DNA of 64,000 bases from an uncultured Acidobacteriota bacterium (GCA_963753035.1 CAVWAW010000020.1:14040-78039); one strand, 5' to 3'. Positions 1 through 11,320 are shown, numbered from the stretch's first letter. Notes: a model not told the origin generated them from the sequence alone. Numbers and translations: made by a program.

Positions 1-158
1 CGAAGCCCTGAAAGCCGCCTCATTGCGCGTTCTCGCCCTGCCGACCCAGACAGTTGAGGTCTCCTGGCCGCGAAAAGAGGCCGTAAGTCGTGAGTCGTAG
101 GTCTCGCCCGAGTTGCTTCGGCGCTGTCTGACTTCGTTCCTCGGCGATCGAAACGGGG

Positions 159-327
159 GCGCACAATGAAACCGCCAAGACGCAATGTGCGCCGAGGATT
201 CCCCCACAAAGTCCATCGCATCCGAAAACGACCGATTCAGGACTGAGGACCGGGTCGTCAAGTCAACAATGCGATGCTTTGCGGCACCCTCGCGGTTTTT
301 GCGTCTCTGCGGTTCCATTGTGAGCGC
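159..327. repeat. ~170-bp element with ~22-27-nt terminal inverted repeats, copy 1 of 3
   Basis: Left end gcgcacaatgaaaccgccaagacgcaa (159-185) is a near reverse complement of ttgcgtctctgcggttccattgtgagcgc (299-327). The same termini and the internal block atgcgatgctttgcgg recur at 17998-18170 and 55245-55418. Confidence 0.75.
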
Positions 328-502
328 CGGCATCGACCGCCGACCGACGAAGTCAAACGCCGATCGAGCAACGCGGGTCCGACTCACGGACCATGACACA
401 CTACTCACGACTCACTCCAACCGTCGATTCGGTCCGCCTTTGCCCTTGAGTTTCCACATCCCCTCCGCACTGCCTGCGCCTCCGTCCTGCTACCATTCGG
501 CC

Positions 503-1126
503 GTGGTCAATGTCATTCTGATTTCGGTGATCTGCGGCGCCGTCGCCTACCTGCTGCGAGCCACCCGGTTGGACGACCGTGAGGCTGTGGTGGTGTCGAA
601 GACCACGGCGTCGCTCGGGTTCGTCATTCTCGGCGCCATCGCCTGGCAGAGCGGCAATCCCATCGCCACCTGGTTGGTGGTCGGGTTGGTGCTCTGCGCC
701 GCCGGGGATGTGCTGCTGATCTGGGACCGCAGCTTTGATTTTGGTCTGATCAGCTTCCTGCTCGGCCATGTCGCCTACGTGGCTGCATTCAATGCCGCGT
801 CGCCGATCTCCGAATGGACTCGCTGGATGCTGATCCCCATCGCATTGGCCAGCGCCGGCGCCCTCGCGTGGATGTGGCCGCACCTGGGCCGACGCCGGTC
901 CTCGGTGAGCGCGTATGTCGTGGTGATCACCATCATGGTCTGGGGCGCGCTGGCGGTGACCACCAGTCGCATCATGGGCTGGCCCATCGCCGTCGGCGCC
1001 GTGCTTTTCTATCTTTCCGACCTCACGGTCGCCCGCGACCGTTTTGTCCAATCCGACTTCCTCAACCGCGCCGTGGGTCTGCCGATGTACTACGCGGCCC
1101 AGATCCTGATCGCGCTGTCGGTCTGA
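503..1126 (+). CDS. YhhN/TMEM86-family (lysoplasmalogenase-like) integral membrane protein
   Basis: Within ORF 185-1126. Multi-pass hydrophobic protein with CAAGDVLL and FLLGHVAYVAAF motifs typical of YhhN. The first ~106 codons of the ORF are largely encoded by the 159-327 repeat and adjacent spacer, so GTG 503 is proposed as the start (uncertain). Confidence 0.55.
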   Translation: MVNVILISVICGAVAYLLRATRLDDREAVVVSKTTASLGFVILGAIAWQSGNPIATWLVVGLVLCAAGDVLLIWDRSFDFGLISFLLGHVAYVAAFNAASPISEWTRWMLIPIALASAGALAWMWPHLGRRRSSVSAYVVVITIMVWGALAVTTSRIMGWPIAVGAVLFYLSDLTVARDRFVQSDFLNRAVGLPMYYAAQILIALSV

Positions 1127-1141
1127 GCGGGAGCCAATACC

Positions 1142-2466
1142 ATGCGATTTCTTCGATTGCTGATCATCTTTCTCATGCTCGCCCTGCCGGTATCCGCCCA
1201 GTCCACCTGGGAGAGCCACACGCGGACCGGCGAGTACGCCTTTGCGGTCGGCGACACCGATCGGGCCGAAACCGAGTTCCGGGCCGCCCTGACCATCGCC
1301 CAGAAACTCCCGCCGCCGGATCAGCGCCTCGAGAAAACCCTCGGTGATCTCGCGCGGCTCTATGAGAACCAAGGTCGGTTCGCCGAGGCCCTGCCCATGT
1401 ACCAGCTCCAGGTCGGGGCTGCCGAGTATCGTCTCGGTGGCGACACGGCGGAGCTTTTGGCGCCCCTCCTCGGGCTTTCCCGCGTGGCCATGCAATCAGG
1501 GGACATCCCTGCTGCCGAGGACGCTCTTCAGCGCTTCCGCACGGTGGCCGATCGCACCGACGCCGCCGATCCCGGCCAGCACTGGGTCGCCCTCGCCATG
1601 CTGGCCCGAACCTGCACCCTTCAGGGGCGCGACGACGAGGCCCTCGAGATCCAGCGGGAGGCGATCGCGGTCCTGGACGAGGCCCACGGCCCCACCGAGA
1701 TCGAACGCGCCACCGCGCTCGAGTCCCTGGCCCAGATGGAACTCCTCCACGGGAGCGCCGACGCGGCCGAGGCGCTGCTGGTCCGCGCCGCCGAACTGCG
1801 AGCGGCCGATGAGGAGGGCGGCGGCATCGCCGCCATGCTCACCGCGGCTGCCGGCACCGCCCTCGGCGCCGGTGAGTTCGACGTGGCCGAACGGTTGGCA
1901 GAGAAGGCCCTCGAGGCGTCGACCGCCGAAGGCCTCGATCTGGCTGCCCGTCAACACGATCCTGGCCGATATCGCGTGGATGCGGGTTCGCCGCGGGACG
2001 GACAATCTGGGCGATCTCTATCTCGGCGCCTCGCCCGGACCCGAGCTCGACGTCGCCTACGACCGGTTGATGAAGGTCCACGGTGCGGTCGACTCGCAGA
2101 CCGATCCCGCCATCATCCGCGAGAATCTGGCCCGTCTCGCCCAGGTTGCGGCCCTCCGCGGGGAGGTCGAGGACTCCGCCCACTGGCAGCGGATGTTCAT
2201 CGATCTTCAACGGCGAACTCACCGGGGCCGACTCCGCCGAAGCCATGGCTTCTCAGGAAAATCTCATCGGGCTCTTCACCACCGCGAATCAGCCGGACAA
2301 GGCGATGACCGCCAACGCCTGGCTCATCGCCATGCAGGAGCGGGCGTGGGGCGAGTCGAGTTCACGGCTCCGGCCGGCTCTCGAGCGCCAACTCGATCTC
2401 CTCACCCAAGCCGGCCTCAAGAAGGACGCCAAAGCGGTGAAGAAGCGGCTGAAAAAACTCAGATAA
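1142..2466 (+). pseudogene. Secreted TPR-repeat protein, reading frame broken twice
   Basis: Signal peptide MRFLRLLIIFLMLALPVSAQS followed by TPR-like helices (LARLYENQGRFAEALPMY...). The sensible protein continues through three frames: 1142-~1948, ~1949-~2205 and ~2206-2466, ending KKRLKKLR*. Confidence 0.6.
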
Positions 2467-2552
2467 TTAGGAATTATGAGTTATGAATTATGAATGATTC
2501 GTCGCAGACGTTTCCTCGGAGTGATGTGATGAAATTCATCATTCCTAATTCA

Positions 2553-3339
2553 TCATTCATAATTTGTGTCTAGTGCCGCCTTCAGATCCCTGAGCTTGGC
2601 CTTGATCAGCATCACGTTGTCCGGTCCCATGCGGAGAAACTGCCGCTGGGTTCCGCTGAGGTCCTCCAGGGACTCATCGACATAGACATAGGTCAGGACC
2701 TTGGGCTTGAGAGTTGGATTGCCGCTCGGCGGTGTGACTTCGAGAAGCTCTTCGATGGCGGCGTCGAGGCGATCCGAGAACCGGCTTCCCGGAGGAGAGA
2801 TCTCGGCGTAGGCATCGTCGATGAGCGGTTCGAGCTCGCGGTACAGCGCGACGGTTCCCTCGGTGTCGAGAGAAACAAAGACCTGGGTGGCCAGATCGTA
2901 GCGGGCATATGACTTCGGATCGACGGTGATCTCATCACCCTTCTTCACGACCTCGAACTTCCCTTTGGGCCGCATGAAACCGAGCTGGGTCGTCGGGCTG
3001 ATCCCGTTGGCGACGTTGTCTATCGTGGCGACAAAACCGTCGAACCAGATCGTCGTTGGCGAGCCACGCCGCCAGCTTCGGGTTGGCCGAGAGTTCGCTG
3101 ACCAGCTCGCGGACGATCACGTCAGAGGTCCTCAGAGTGGTCCCTTGGAGGCGTTCGGACAGCCGTTCCGGCAGAGTCGGGGTCGGGGTCGGCTCCGGCA
3201 CCGGGGTTGCCACCTCGACGACTTCCACAACCTCGTCCTGCAGTCCCGGCCGAATCCACATGAAATAGACCAGGGCCACAATGACGACCAATGCGACAAA
3301 AACAGCGACATAGGTTTTGGTGTTCGAGTTCATGGTCAT
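2553..3339 (-). pseudogene. DUF3014-like membrane-anchored protein, one frame break
   Basis: ORFs 2935-3339 and 2553-2975 join into one protein: N-terminal TM, then ...NPKLAAWLANDDLVRRF | VATIDNVANGISP...MRPKGKFEV...LRMGPDNVMLIKAKLRDLKAAL. The break falls in a 4-nt homopolymer (plus-strand aaaa, ~3033-3036). Confidence 0.6.
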
Positions 3340-3517
3340 CTCCCGTCGGCGTTCGATTCAGTAGATCTCTTCCTCTGACTATACGCGGTCTCAGCGGCGC
3401 GGGGTTCAAACTACCCGGAATGCCACAGGAATGCCTCGTCGCCGATGAAACCTCCGTCGGGGTCGGAAAATCTCGGTCTGTGGGCTTTGGGACGGCGAGG
3501 GCGACGACGCGACAAAG

Positions 3518-6262
3518 CTAGCGCAGCTTGAATCTCGCGATGACCGGGTCGTGGTCGGATGCTCGTCCGGACGCGGGGAACCTTGAGTTCACGTGAACGA
3601 CCTCGATCTCGGCGCCGTCGGCGAGGGTGGGGCTGACGATGATGTGGTCGAGAGTCTGCGAATTTCCCTGGTAGACATAGGTCCACTTCTCGGTCTCTGG
3701 CAACCGTTTGATGAGGTTCACCAGGGGTTCCATCGCAAGCTGTTCGATGGGATCGCGGAAATCAAAATCGTTGAGGTCTCCCAGAACAACAATGCGCACA
3801 CCGGGATCCGCTTCCAAGAGGTCGTCGACCAGACGCCGGATGAGGGAGGTCTGCGCTCCTCGCTGATCCTCGGACCACCGCACGGGTGGTTGGCGCCGAC
3901 CGAAGAGAGGGTCGTCCCCACCCTTGGATCTGAGATGGCAGACGATGAAAAAGAATGGTTCACCGTCGATTCCGAGTTGGACGATCAACGGTTTCCGGCT
4001 GCGGCTGAAGGCGGAATCCATGGGGCTGACGAGAGCCGGGTTGGGCTCGATGATCGGTCCCGCCATGACCTCGAGGGTTCCTTCATCCGACGACCGGTCC
4101 TCCACCGCGACTCGAGTCCGGTCGAAGAGCAGGGCGACCCGGATATTGGCCCCCGGCCGGCCACCATCGGCCTTGTCCGCCGGATCGATCTGACGCCAGC
4201 CGTACCGCGGACCACCAACAGCGACCACGGCGTCCACCAACTTGCCGAGGGTGCCCTCAGCACGGACCGTGCCGTCATCTTCGGGACCCGTGTCATCCTG
4301 GATTTCCTGCAGGGCGATGACGGTGGGAGCCCCCAACCGGTGAACGATGGTCTCCGCGAGTGCCCTGAACTTGCCCTCGTCGGAACCCTCAAAAAGGTTT
4401 TCAACGTTGAAGGTCGCCACGGTCACGTGGTCCTCGTCTGCAGCGAGGGTATTTGAAGCAGAATCGCCGGGTGCCCGGGTCTCAACCGACAGCGGCTCGG
4501 TGTTGAGCATCTTGTACGAGCCGTACGAATAATGAAGCACACCCTCGATTGCACCCGACAGGCGATCTCCGACCATCACGGCCGGGGGATCGTCGACCAA
4601 CCGATCGCTGATCATGACGCGTTCAGGGTGGTTGTTCTCTGGTTGGATCACCACGCCACCCCGCCGGCTGCGCGGTCGAGTGCCGGTTCCGTCGTCGCCG
4701 AGGACGACGATGTCGCCGTAATTCGACGTGGGACCGACGACCACCGCATCGTTGATCTGGACACGCATGCCTTCGAGGCTCTCGAAAAAGTCGATGGCGT
4801 CGGATTCCGGCTCGAAGAGCGTCAGCCCGTCGTCATCGATGTTCGGAGTGGGAATCTGCCGGCCCCCGACTCCCATGACAACCGGCGGCGGCAGTCCCTG
4901 GTTGCGATTGATGATTTCGAGCCCATCGGCGACCAATCGGGTGACCGGCAGCTCCATCCGCCAAATCGGTTCCTCGACTCGACCAGTCAGGCGAAGGACA
5001 TCACCGACGGAGACCGCCGGAGCGCCGTCGAGGGCGGTCACGAACAGCCCTTCCGACGTCGCGGGATCGTCGTCACCCGGTGTCTGCTGCAGCCAGAACG
5101 CCTGGCCCTTGCGCTGGCCGAGGATGGCGGTCACGGTGCCCTCGACACGGCCGACGCACCGGCCCACCAGCGGTGAAACATGGGCCGCGGCCTGGATTTC
5201 GCTGATCGACGCGTCGGGTCTGGTGGGTCGCGGGACGTCGACGCCCGACAAGGCCAGGACGAGCAACTGGTTCTCCTGGACATCGGGCTGGAAATTGTTG
5301 TCCGCCACCATGACGAGGGTGGGGCGGCCATCGGCCAGGAGCGGCCCGAACGAGAGTCCCTCGAGATTGTCGGGGTCGATTCCCAAATCGGCGAGATCCA
5401 CCACGAGACTCTTGCGGACGGGGTTCACCTCCGCCGGCATCGACCCGACACCGGTGATGTCATCCCCGGTTTCAAGATCGACGAGAAAGATCCGCACCGT
5501 ATTTCCGACGCCCGCCGAGAACGACCGCTCGACCACCAGCACACGATGCTCGTCGAGGGCGAGAATCTCGGAAACACCGATGGAGCGGTACGCCGTTGGT
5601 GGACGCGGCTCGTCCGGAACCGCCTCGACCTGGTACGCCCTCTCGGAGACGGCGCGCCGCGTAACGGGGTCGAAGACCACCAGTCTGACGACGGTCCCAT
5701 GATCAAGGTCGGCATTTGGGCCGTCCTGCACGAGGGCGCTCTCCACCGCCGCGATGATCCGGGCGCCATCCGGGCTGACACTCAAGCCTTCAAATCCGTG
5801 ATTGGACCGGACTCCTCTGCCATCGGCGGGAAGATAGGCCGACGGAATCTCGAGCTCATGGAGCATGGATCCGTCGAGGCTGAAAGCGATGATCCGAGGT
5901 GGGACCGATCGGTGCGCCTCGCCTTCGCTGGCGACCCACAGAATGCCGTTTCCAGCCAACGTAACCGCCTCGGGGTCGAGGTCTCCATCGGCAAACACCT
6001 CGCCCCGCTCGTTGCGTAGGGTGATGACTTCGAGCGGTCGGACGGTCGGGCCGTCGAGCTCGAGCTTGAGCGCATAGACCCTGGGTGGAGCGAGATAACC
6101 TCGATCATCGGTGAGCGCGTAGAAGAGATCGCATCCCGGGTCGTAGGTCAGACCCGAGAGACCACCGAGTTGGACCTTCTTATCGACCAGATCAACCGGC
6201 AGCTGGATTTCGGCGACGAGCGCCGTGACTTCCACATCCACCGCGAATGCGGGCGCCGCCAC
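3518..6262 (-). CDS. Extracellular nuclease of ExeM/NucH type with N-terminal phytase-like (esterase-like) domain
   Basis: 914-aa ORF. The N-terminus has GLSGLTYDP...YALTDDRG propeller-like repeats. The centre has ISEIQ..HVSPLVG..TSEGLFV. The C-terminus is an endonuclease/exonuclease/phosphatase fold (VATFNVENLF ... SDHDPV). A signal-peptide-like stretch lies just upstream of the first canonical start (see finding). Confidence 0.65.
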   Translation of the reverse strand: MAAPAFAVDVEVTALVAEIQLPVDLVDKKVQLGGLSGLTYDPGCDLFYALTDDRGYLAPPRVYALKLELDGPTVRPLEVITLRNERGEVFADGDLDPEAVTLAGNGILWVASEGEAHRSVPPRIIAFSLDGSMLHELEIPSAYLPADGRGVRSNHGFEGLSVSPDGARIIAAVESALVQDGPNADLDHGTVVRLVVFDPVTRRAVSERAYQVEAVPDEPRPPTAYRSIGVSEILALDEHRVLVVERSFSAGVGNTVRIFLVDLETGDDITGVGSMPAEVNPVRKSLVVDLADLGIDPDNLEGLSFGPLLADGRPTLVMVADNNFQPDVQENQLLVLALSGVDVPRPTRPDASISEIQAAAHVSPLVGRCVGRVEGTVTAILGQRKGQAFWLQQTPGDDDPATSEGLFVTALDGAPAVSVGDVLRLTGRVEEPIWRMELPVTRLVADGLEIINRNQGLPPPVVMGVGGRQIPTPNIDDDGLTLFEPESDAIDFFESLEGMRVQINDAVVVGPTSNYGDIVVLGDDGTGTRPRSRRGGVVIQPENNHPERVMISDRLVDDPPAVMVGDRLSGAIEGVLHYSYGSYKMLNTEPLSVETRAPGDSASNTLAADEDHVTVATFNVENLFEGSDEGKFRALAETIVHRLGAPTVIALQEIQDDTGPEDDGTVRAEGTLGKLVDAVVAVGGPRYGWRQIDPADKADGGRPGANIRVALLFDRTRVAVEDRSSDEGTLEVMAGPIIEPNPALVSPMDSAFSRSRKPLIVQLGIDGEPFFFIVCHLRSKGGDDPLFGRRQPPVRWSEDQRGAQTSLIRRLVDDLLEADPGVRIVVLGDLNDFDFRDPIEQLAMEPLVNLIKRLPETEKWTYVYQGNSQTLDHIIVSPTLADGAEIEVVHVNSRFPASGRASDHDPVIARFKLR

Positions 6263-6317
6263 GATCAGCGCGACGAAGACAACGACCGGGCGCGCAAAAA
6301 TCAGTTTGAGATTTCCC

Positions 6318-6893
6318 TTACTCGAGGGCGTGCTCGAGCTCGTCGAGCATCGCCTGCTCGGCTTTGGAGATCGCTCCCAGCCCCAGGAAACCGCCCGCAG
6401 CCTTGGCGATGGCCGTGGTCCTGGTCATCAACCGCTCCTTGAGCTCGTTGCCGACCACCGAATCCAGACGCTCTTCGATGGCGTGGGCGTATTCCTTCCA
6501 GGTGGCCAGGAGATCCGGCCCCGGTTTCTTATTGAGCCAGTTCTCGAGCAGATCGTGGTTGGCCGAACCCGGCTCGATGCCGCCCTCTTCCGCCGCCTTG
6601 ATGATGGCCTTGCGCTCTTTGTCCTGGATCTCGCCGTCGGCCCAGGCGACCGCGACCAGGGGCACGAGACTCAGCGCGGACATGGCGCTCACTTCGATTT
6701 CGAGCTCGATGAGGGCATCGATGAGCGCCTCGCTCTTGATGTTCGCTTCTTTGAAAGCCCGCCGTTTGGCCTCGACGGCTTCCGCTTTTTTGAGTTTCTC
6801 GAGGAGTCGGGCATTCTCTTTGGCGAAGAACGAATCTTCGAGGGCTTTTCCTGATTGCCTCAGACCGGTCGCGTCCGGACGTTGCATGCTCAT
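6318..6893 (-). CDS. TerB-like (tellurite-resistance TerB/DjlA-N superfamily) protein
   Basis: ORF 6318-6917. The internal ATG at 6893 is preceded by aaggaga. The C-terminal half (LVAVAWADGEIQDKERKAIIKAAEE...) matches the TerB-type helical pattern. Confidence 0.5.
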   Translation of the reverse strand: MSMQRPDATGLRQSGKALEDSFFAKENARLLEKLKKAEAVEAKRRAFKEANIKSEALIDALIELEIEVSAMSALSLVPLVAVAWADGEIQDKERKAIIKAAEEGGIEPGSANHDLLENWLNKKPGPDLLATWKEYAHAIEERLDSVVGNELKERLMTRTTAIAKAAGGFLGLGAISKAEQAMLDELEHALE

Positions 6894-7168
6894 GTGGCTC
6901 TCTCCTTCAAAAATCAAGCGTACTCGGGCCGATCTCGCCGCCGTTGTGAATTATGCCACAACCGAGAGTTTGAGGGTTTGAAGGTTTGAGGGGGTGAGCG
7001 CTCCCTTCGGTCACTGTGAGGAGTTAGAGGGTGAGCGCTCGCCTTGCTCGCTGAATAGGAGTCAGCGCTCCCTTCGGACGAGGGCGGGAAACACCCTCTC
7101 ACGTCTCACGTCATCCTCATGCAATATTCTGCAAGACGTCGAGGTGCCGCCTTACCACGACGGTCCAT

Positions 7169-7290
7169 CGCAGGCGGGGACGCCTGCGCTACAAGGTGAT
7201 TCGTACGGTTTGTAGCGCCCGCGTCCCCGCGGGCGGTGGTCCCGCGTGCGTCGATTCCTGCCACAACCTCGAATTTCGCAAGAGGCTCAG
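7169..7290. repeat. Hairpin repeat family 2, copy 1 (cgcaggcggggacgcctgcgctacaag ... ttgtagcgcccgcgtccccgcgggcg ... cgcaagaggctca)
   Basis: Near-identical ~120-bp unit at 14246-14365. Its core is an imperfect ~20-bp inverted repeat. It is embedded in a 500-bp intergenic region that also has short-period spacers (gtgagcgctcccttcgg, ctaaccttctcaccttctaacttcta). Confidence 0.75.
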
Positions 7291-7424
7291 GTCTCGTGTC
7301 TAACCTTCTCACCTTCTAACTTCTACCCCCTAACTCACGTCTAACTCTCTACCCACGATTGGCGCCTGCTGCGCCTTCAGCGTAGAATGCGCCCCTGTCG
7401 GCGCTTGCCGACCCGGGAGAAAAG

Positions 7425-9997
<2,573 letters not shown>

Positions 9998-10013
9998 AAC
10001 GACTCGAGGCCCC

Positions 10014-10368
10014 GAAGACAACCCGCCCCATCGGGGTGCCGGGTTTGACATTGTGTCGGAATGACCAACCGGCTTCGCGGCGCTCCCCGCACAATGTCAT
10101 ACCGGGCTCCCTCGGGGAGCGCGATGAAGTCTGCTCTCCCGGCTACGAGGCAGGCCGCCGGCGTCCGAGCAGCGTGGTCGCAGCCTTCTAAATTCTCGAC
10201 CCGCGCGACCACGCTGCTCGGGCGACGCTGGTCCGCCGGGACGCCACAGCGTCACGGCGGACCAGAAGGCCGGTGACGAAAGAACCTGATCCGGGACAGC
10301 GTCCGGGGCAGTGTCAGGAACAGCGGCGGGATTCAGCGGCAGGATTCAGCGGCAGGATTCAGCGGCAG
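10014..10368 (+). repeat. Composite repeat family 3, copy 1 (module X ~260 bp plus module Y with 13-nt tandem repeat)
   Basis: The stretch ccgccccatcggggtgccgggtttgacattgtg...cacaatgtcataccgggctccctcgg...gtggtcgcag...cgcgaccac...gaaggccggtgacga is shared with 10945-11303 (same orientation) and 62030-62375 (inverted). It ends in (cagcggcaggatt)x3.7 at 10321-10368. Confidence 0.8.
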
Positions 10369-10447
10369 TCAACAGTACTCAGCGACCGATGCGCTCTCCT
10401 GGACCCGATGTTCATGGTGACCTCCGGGTCGTTCTGGAGGGGTGTGT

Positions 10448-10529
10448 AGTCGATGGGATCTCCGGGGTCAAGGGGTGAAATGCATCGCCCGCGGCGGGCG
10501 ACCCCTTGACCCCGGAGATCCCATCGACT
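10448..10529 (+). promoter_or_regulatory. Perfect 29-bp inverted repeat (hairpin) immediately upstream of the four-helix-bundle gene
   Basis: agtcgatgggatctccggggtcaaggggt (10448-10476) is the exact reverse complement of 10501-10529, with a 24-nt loop. The ATG at 10541 follows 12 nt later. Confidence 0.7.
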
Positions 10530-10540
10530 TGGGGAAGGGC

Positions 10541-10915
10541 ATGAACGACCCCAAGGTCACCATGAACAACGCGCTCCCGAAGAACAACCTCATCGCCACC
10601 GAGAAGGCGATCGTTGCAGCGGCTGCGGCAATCTCGCTGGTGAAGCGAGTCCCCGCTCCACTCAAGACGATCGCGGATCAGGTCGTCCGATCGGCGTCAT
10701 CGGTTCCGGCAAACCTGTCCGAGGGGCACGGAAGAACGGGTCGTGATCGATTGCACCATTGGCGCATCGCATACGCATCAGCGAAAGAGGTCGACACGCA
10801 TCTCCGGCTTCTCACCGCGGTTGCTGCCATTCATCGCGAACATGCCGACGACGCTCTCCGTCGCTTCGACGAAGTCCGAGCCATCACCTGGCGCCTCCTC
10901 CACCCAAGACCGTGA
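10541..10915 (+). CDS. Four-helix-bundle protein (23S rRNA intervening-sequence protein family)
   Basis: 124 aa from ATG 10541 within ORF 10442-10915. The pattern ...IADQVVRSASSVPANLSEGHGR...R.HHWRIAYASAKEVDTHLRLL is typical of this family (S-ipaNIAEG, a.gS..E...). Confidence 0.7.
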   Translation: MNDPKVTMNNALPKNNLIATEKAIVAAAAAISLVKRVPAPLKTIADQVVRSASSVPANLSEGHGRTGRDRLHHWRIAYASAKEVDTHLRLLTAVAAIHREHADDALRRFDEVRAITWRLLHPRP

Positions 10916-10944
10916 GCCTAAGGCGCGATGCCTTCCTTACGAGC

Positions 10945-11303
10945 GCAAGACCCCGCCCCATCGGGGTGCCAGGTCCGGCATTGTGCCGGAACAACGCACC
11001 GGGGCCTCATCACGCTGCGCACAATGCCGTACCTGGCTCCCTCGGAGAGCGCCTCGAGGTCAGTTCTCCCGGCAACGAGGCAGGCCGTCGGCGTGCCATC
11101 GGCGTGGTCGCAGCCCTCCCCGCTTCCCCCGCGCGACCACGCCGATGGCGCGACGCTGGACCGCTGGGACGCCAAAGCGTCCCAGCGGTTCAGAAGGCCG
11201 GCGACGAGGGCAGGTCCCGGGGCAGCGTCAGGAACAGCGGCAGGATTCAGCGGCAGAGACAGCGTCCGGAGCAGCTACAGAAGCCGACCAGGACCCGCGG
11301 AAA
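10945..11303 (+). repeat. Composite repeat family 3, copy 2
   Basis: Collinear with 10014-10368 (module X), then the module Y variant gtcaggaacagcggcaggattcagcggcagagacagcgtccgg...gaagccgaccaggacccgcggaaa, which also occurs inverted at ~62290-62375. Confidence 0.8.
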
Positions 11304-11320
11304 CCCCGCAACACCGTGCG

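Noticed and set aside
1-158. Partial gene at the left edge (frame 2 reads EALKAASLRVLALPTQTVEVSWPRKEAVSRES*).
   Set aside because: It is only ~33 codons with no recognisable motif, and its end merges into short-period spacer sequence (gtaagtcgtgagtcgtaggtc). This is not enough evidence to call a CDS.
185-502. N-terminal 106-codon extension of the YhhN ORF (MCAEDSPTKS...).
   Set aside because: It is largely encoded by the 159-327 inverted-repeat element. The peptide MRCFAAPSRFLRLCGSIV recurs wherever the repeat recurs (for example at 18114). YhhN-family length is satisfied from GTG 503.
10321-10368. Possible CRISPR array: 13-nt tandem repeat (cagcggcaggatt) x3.7. Also the hexamer runs at ~16905-16940.
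   Set aside because: The units are directly adjacent with no spacers and are far shorter than CRISPR repeats. No cas genes are in the window. They are parts of repeat family 3.
10541-10915. Presence of a 23S rRNA intervening sequence or rRNA operon, implied by the four-helix-bundle gene.
   Set aside because: No rRNA-like sequence flanks it. The gene lies between leuS and two-component genes, so only the protein family call is made.
10014-11303. Insertion sequence or composite transposon carrying the four-helix-bundle gene.
   Set aside because: There is no transposase, integrase or recombinase ORF and no clear target-site duplication visible. It is kept as a repeat-flanked cassette in the findings and not annotated as a mobile element.
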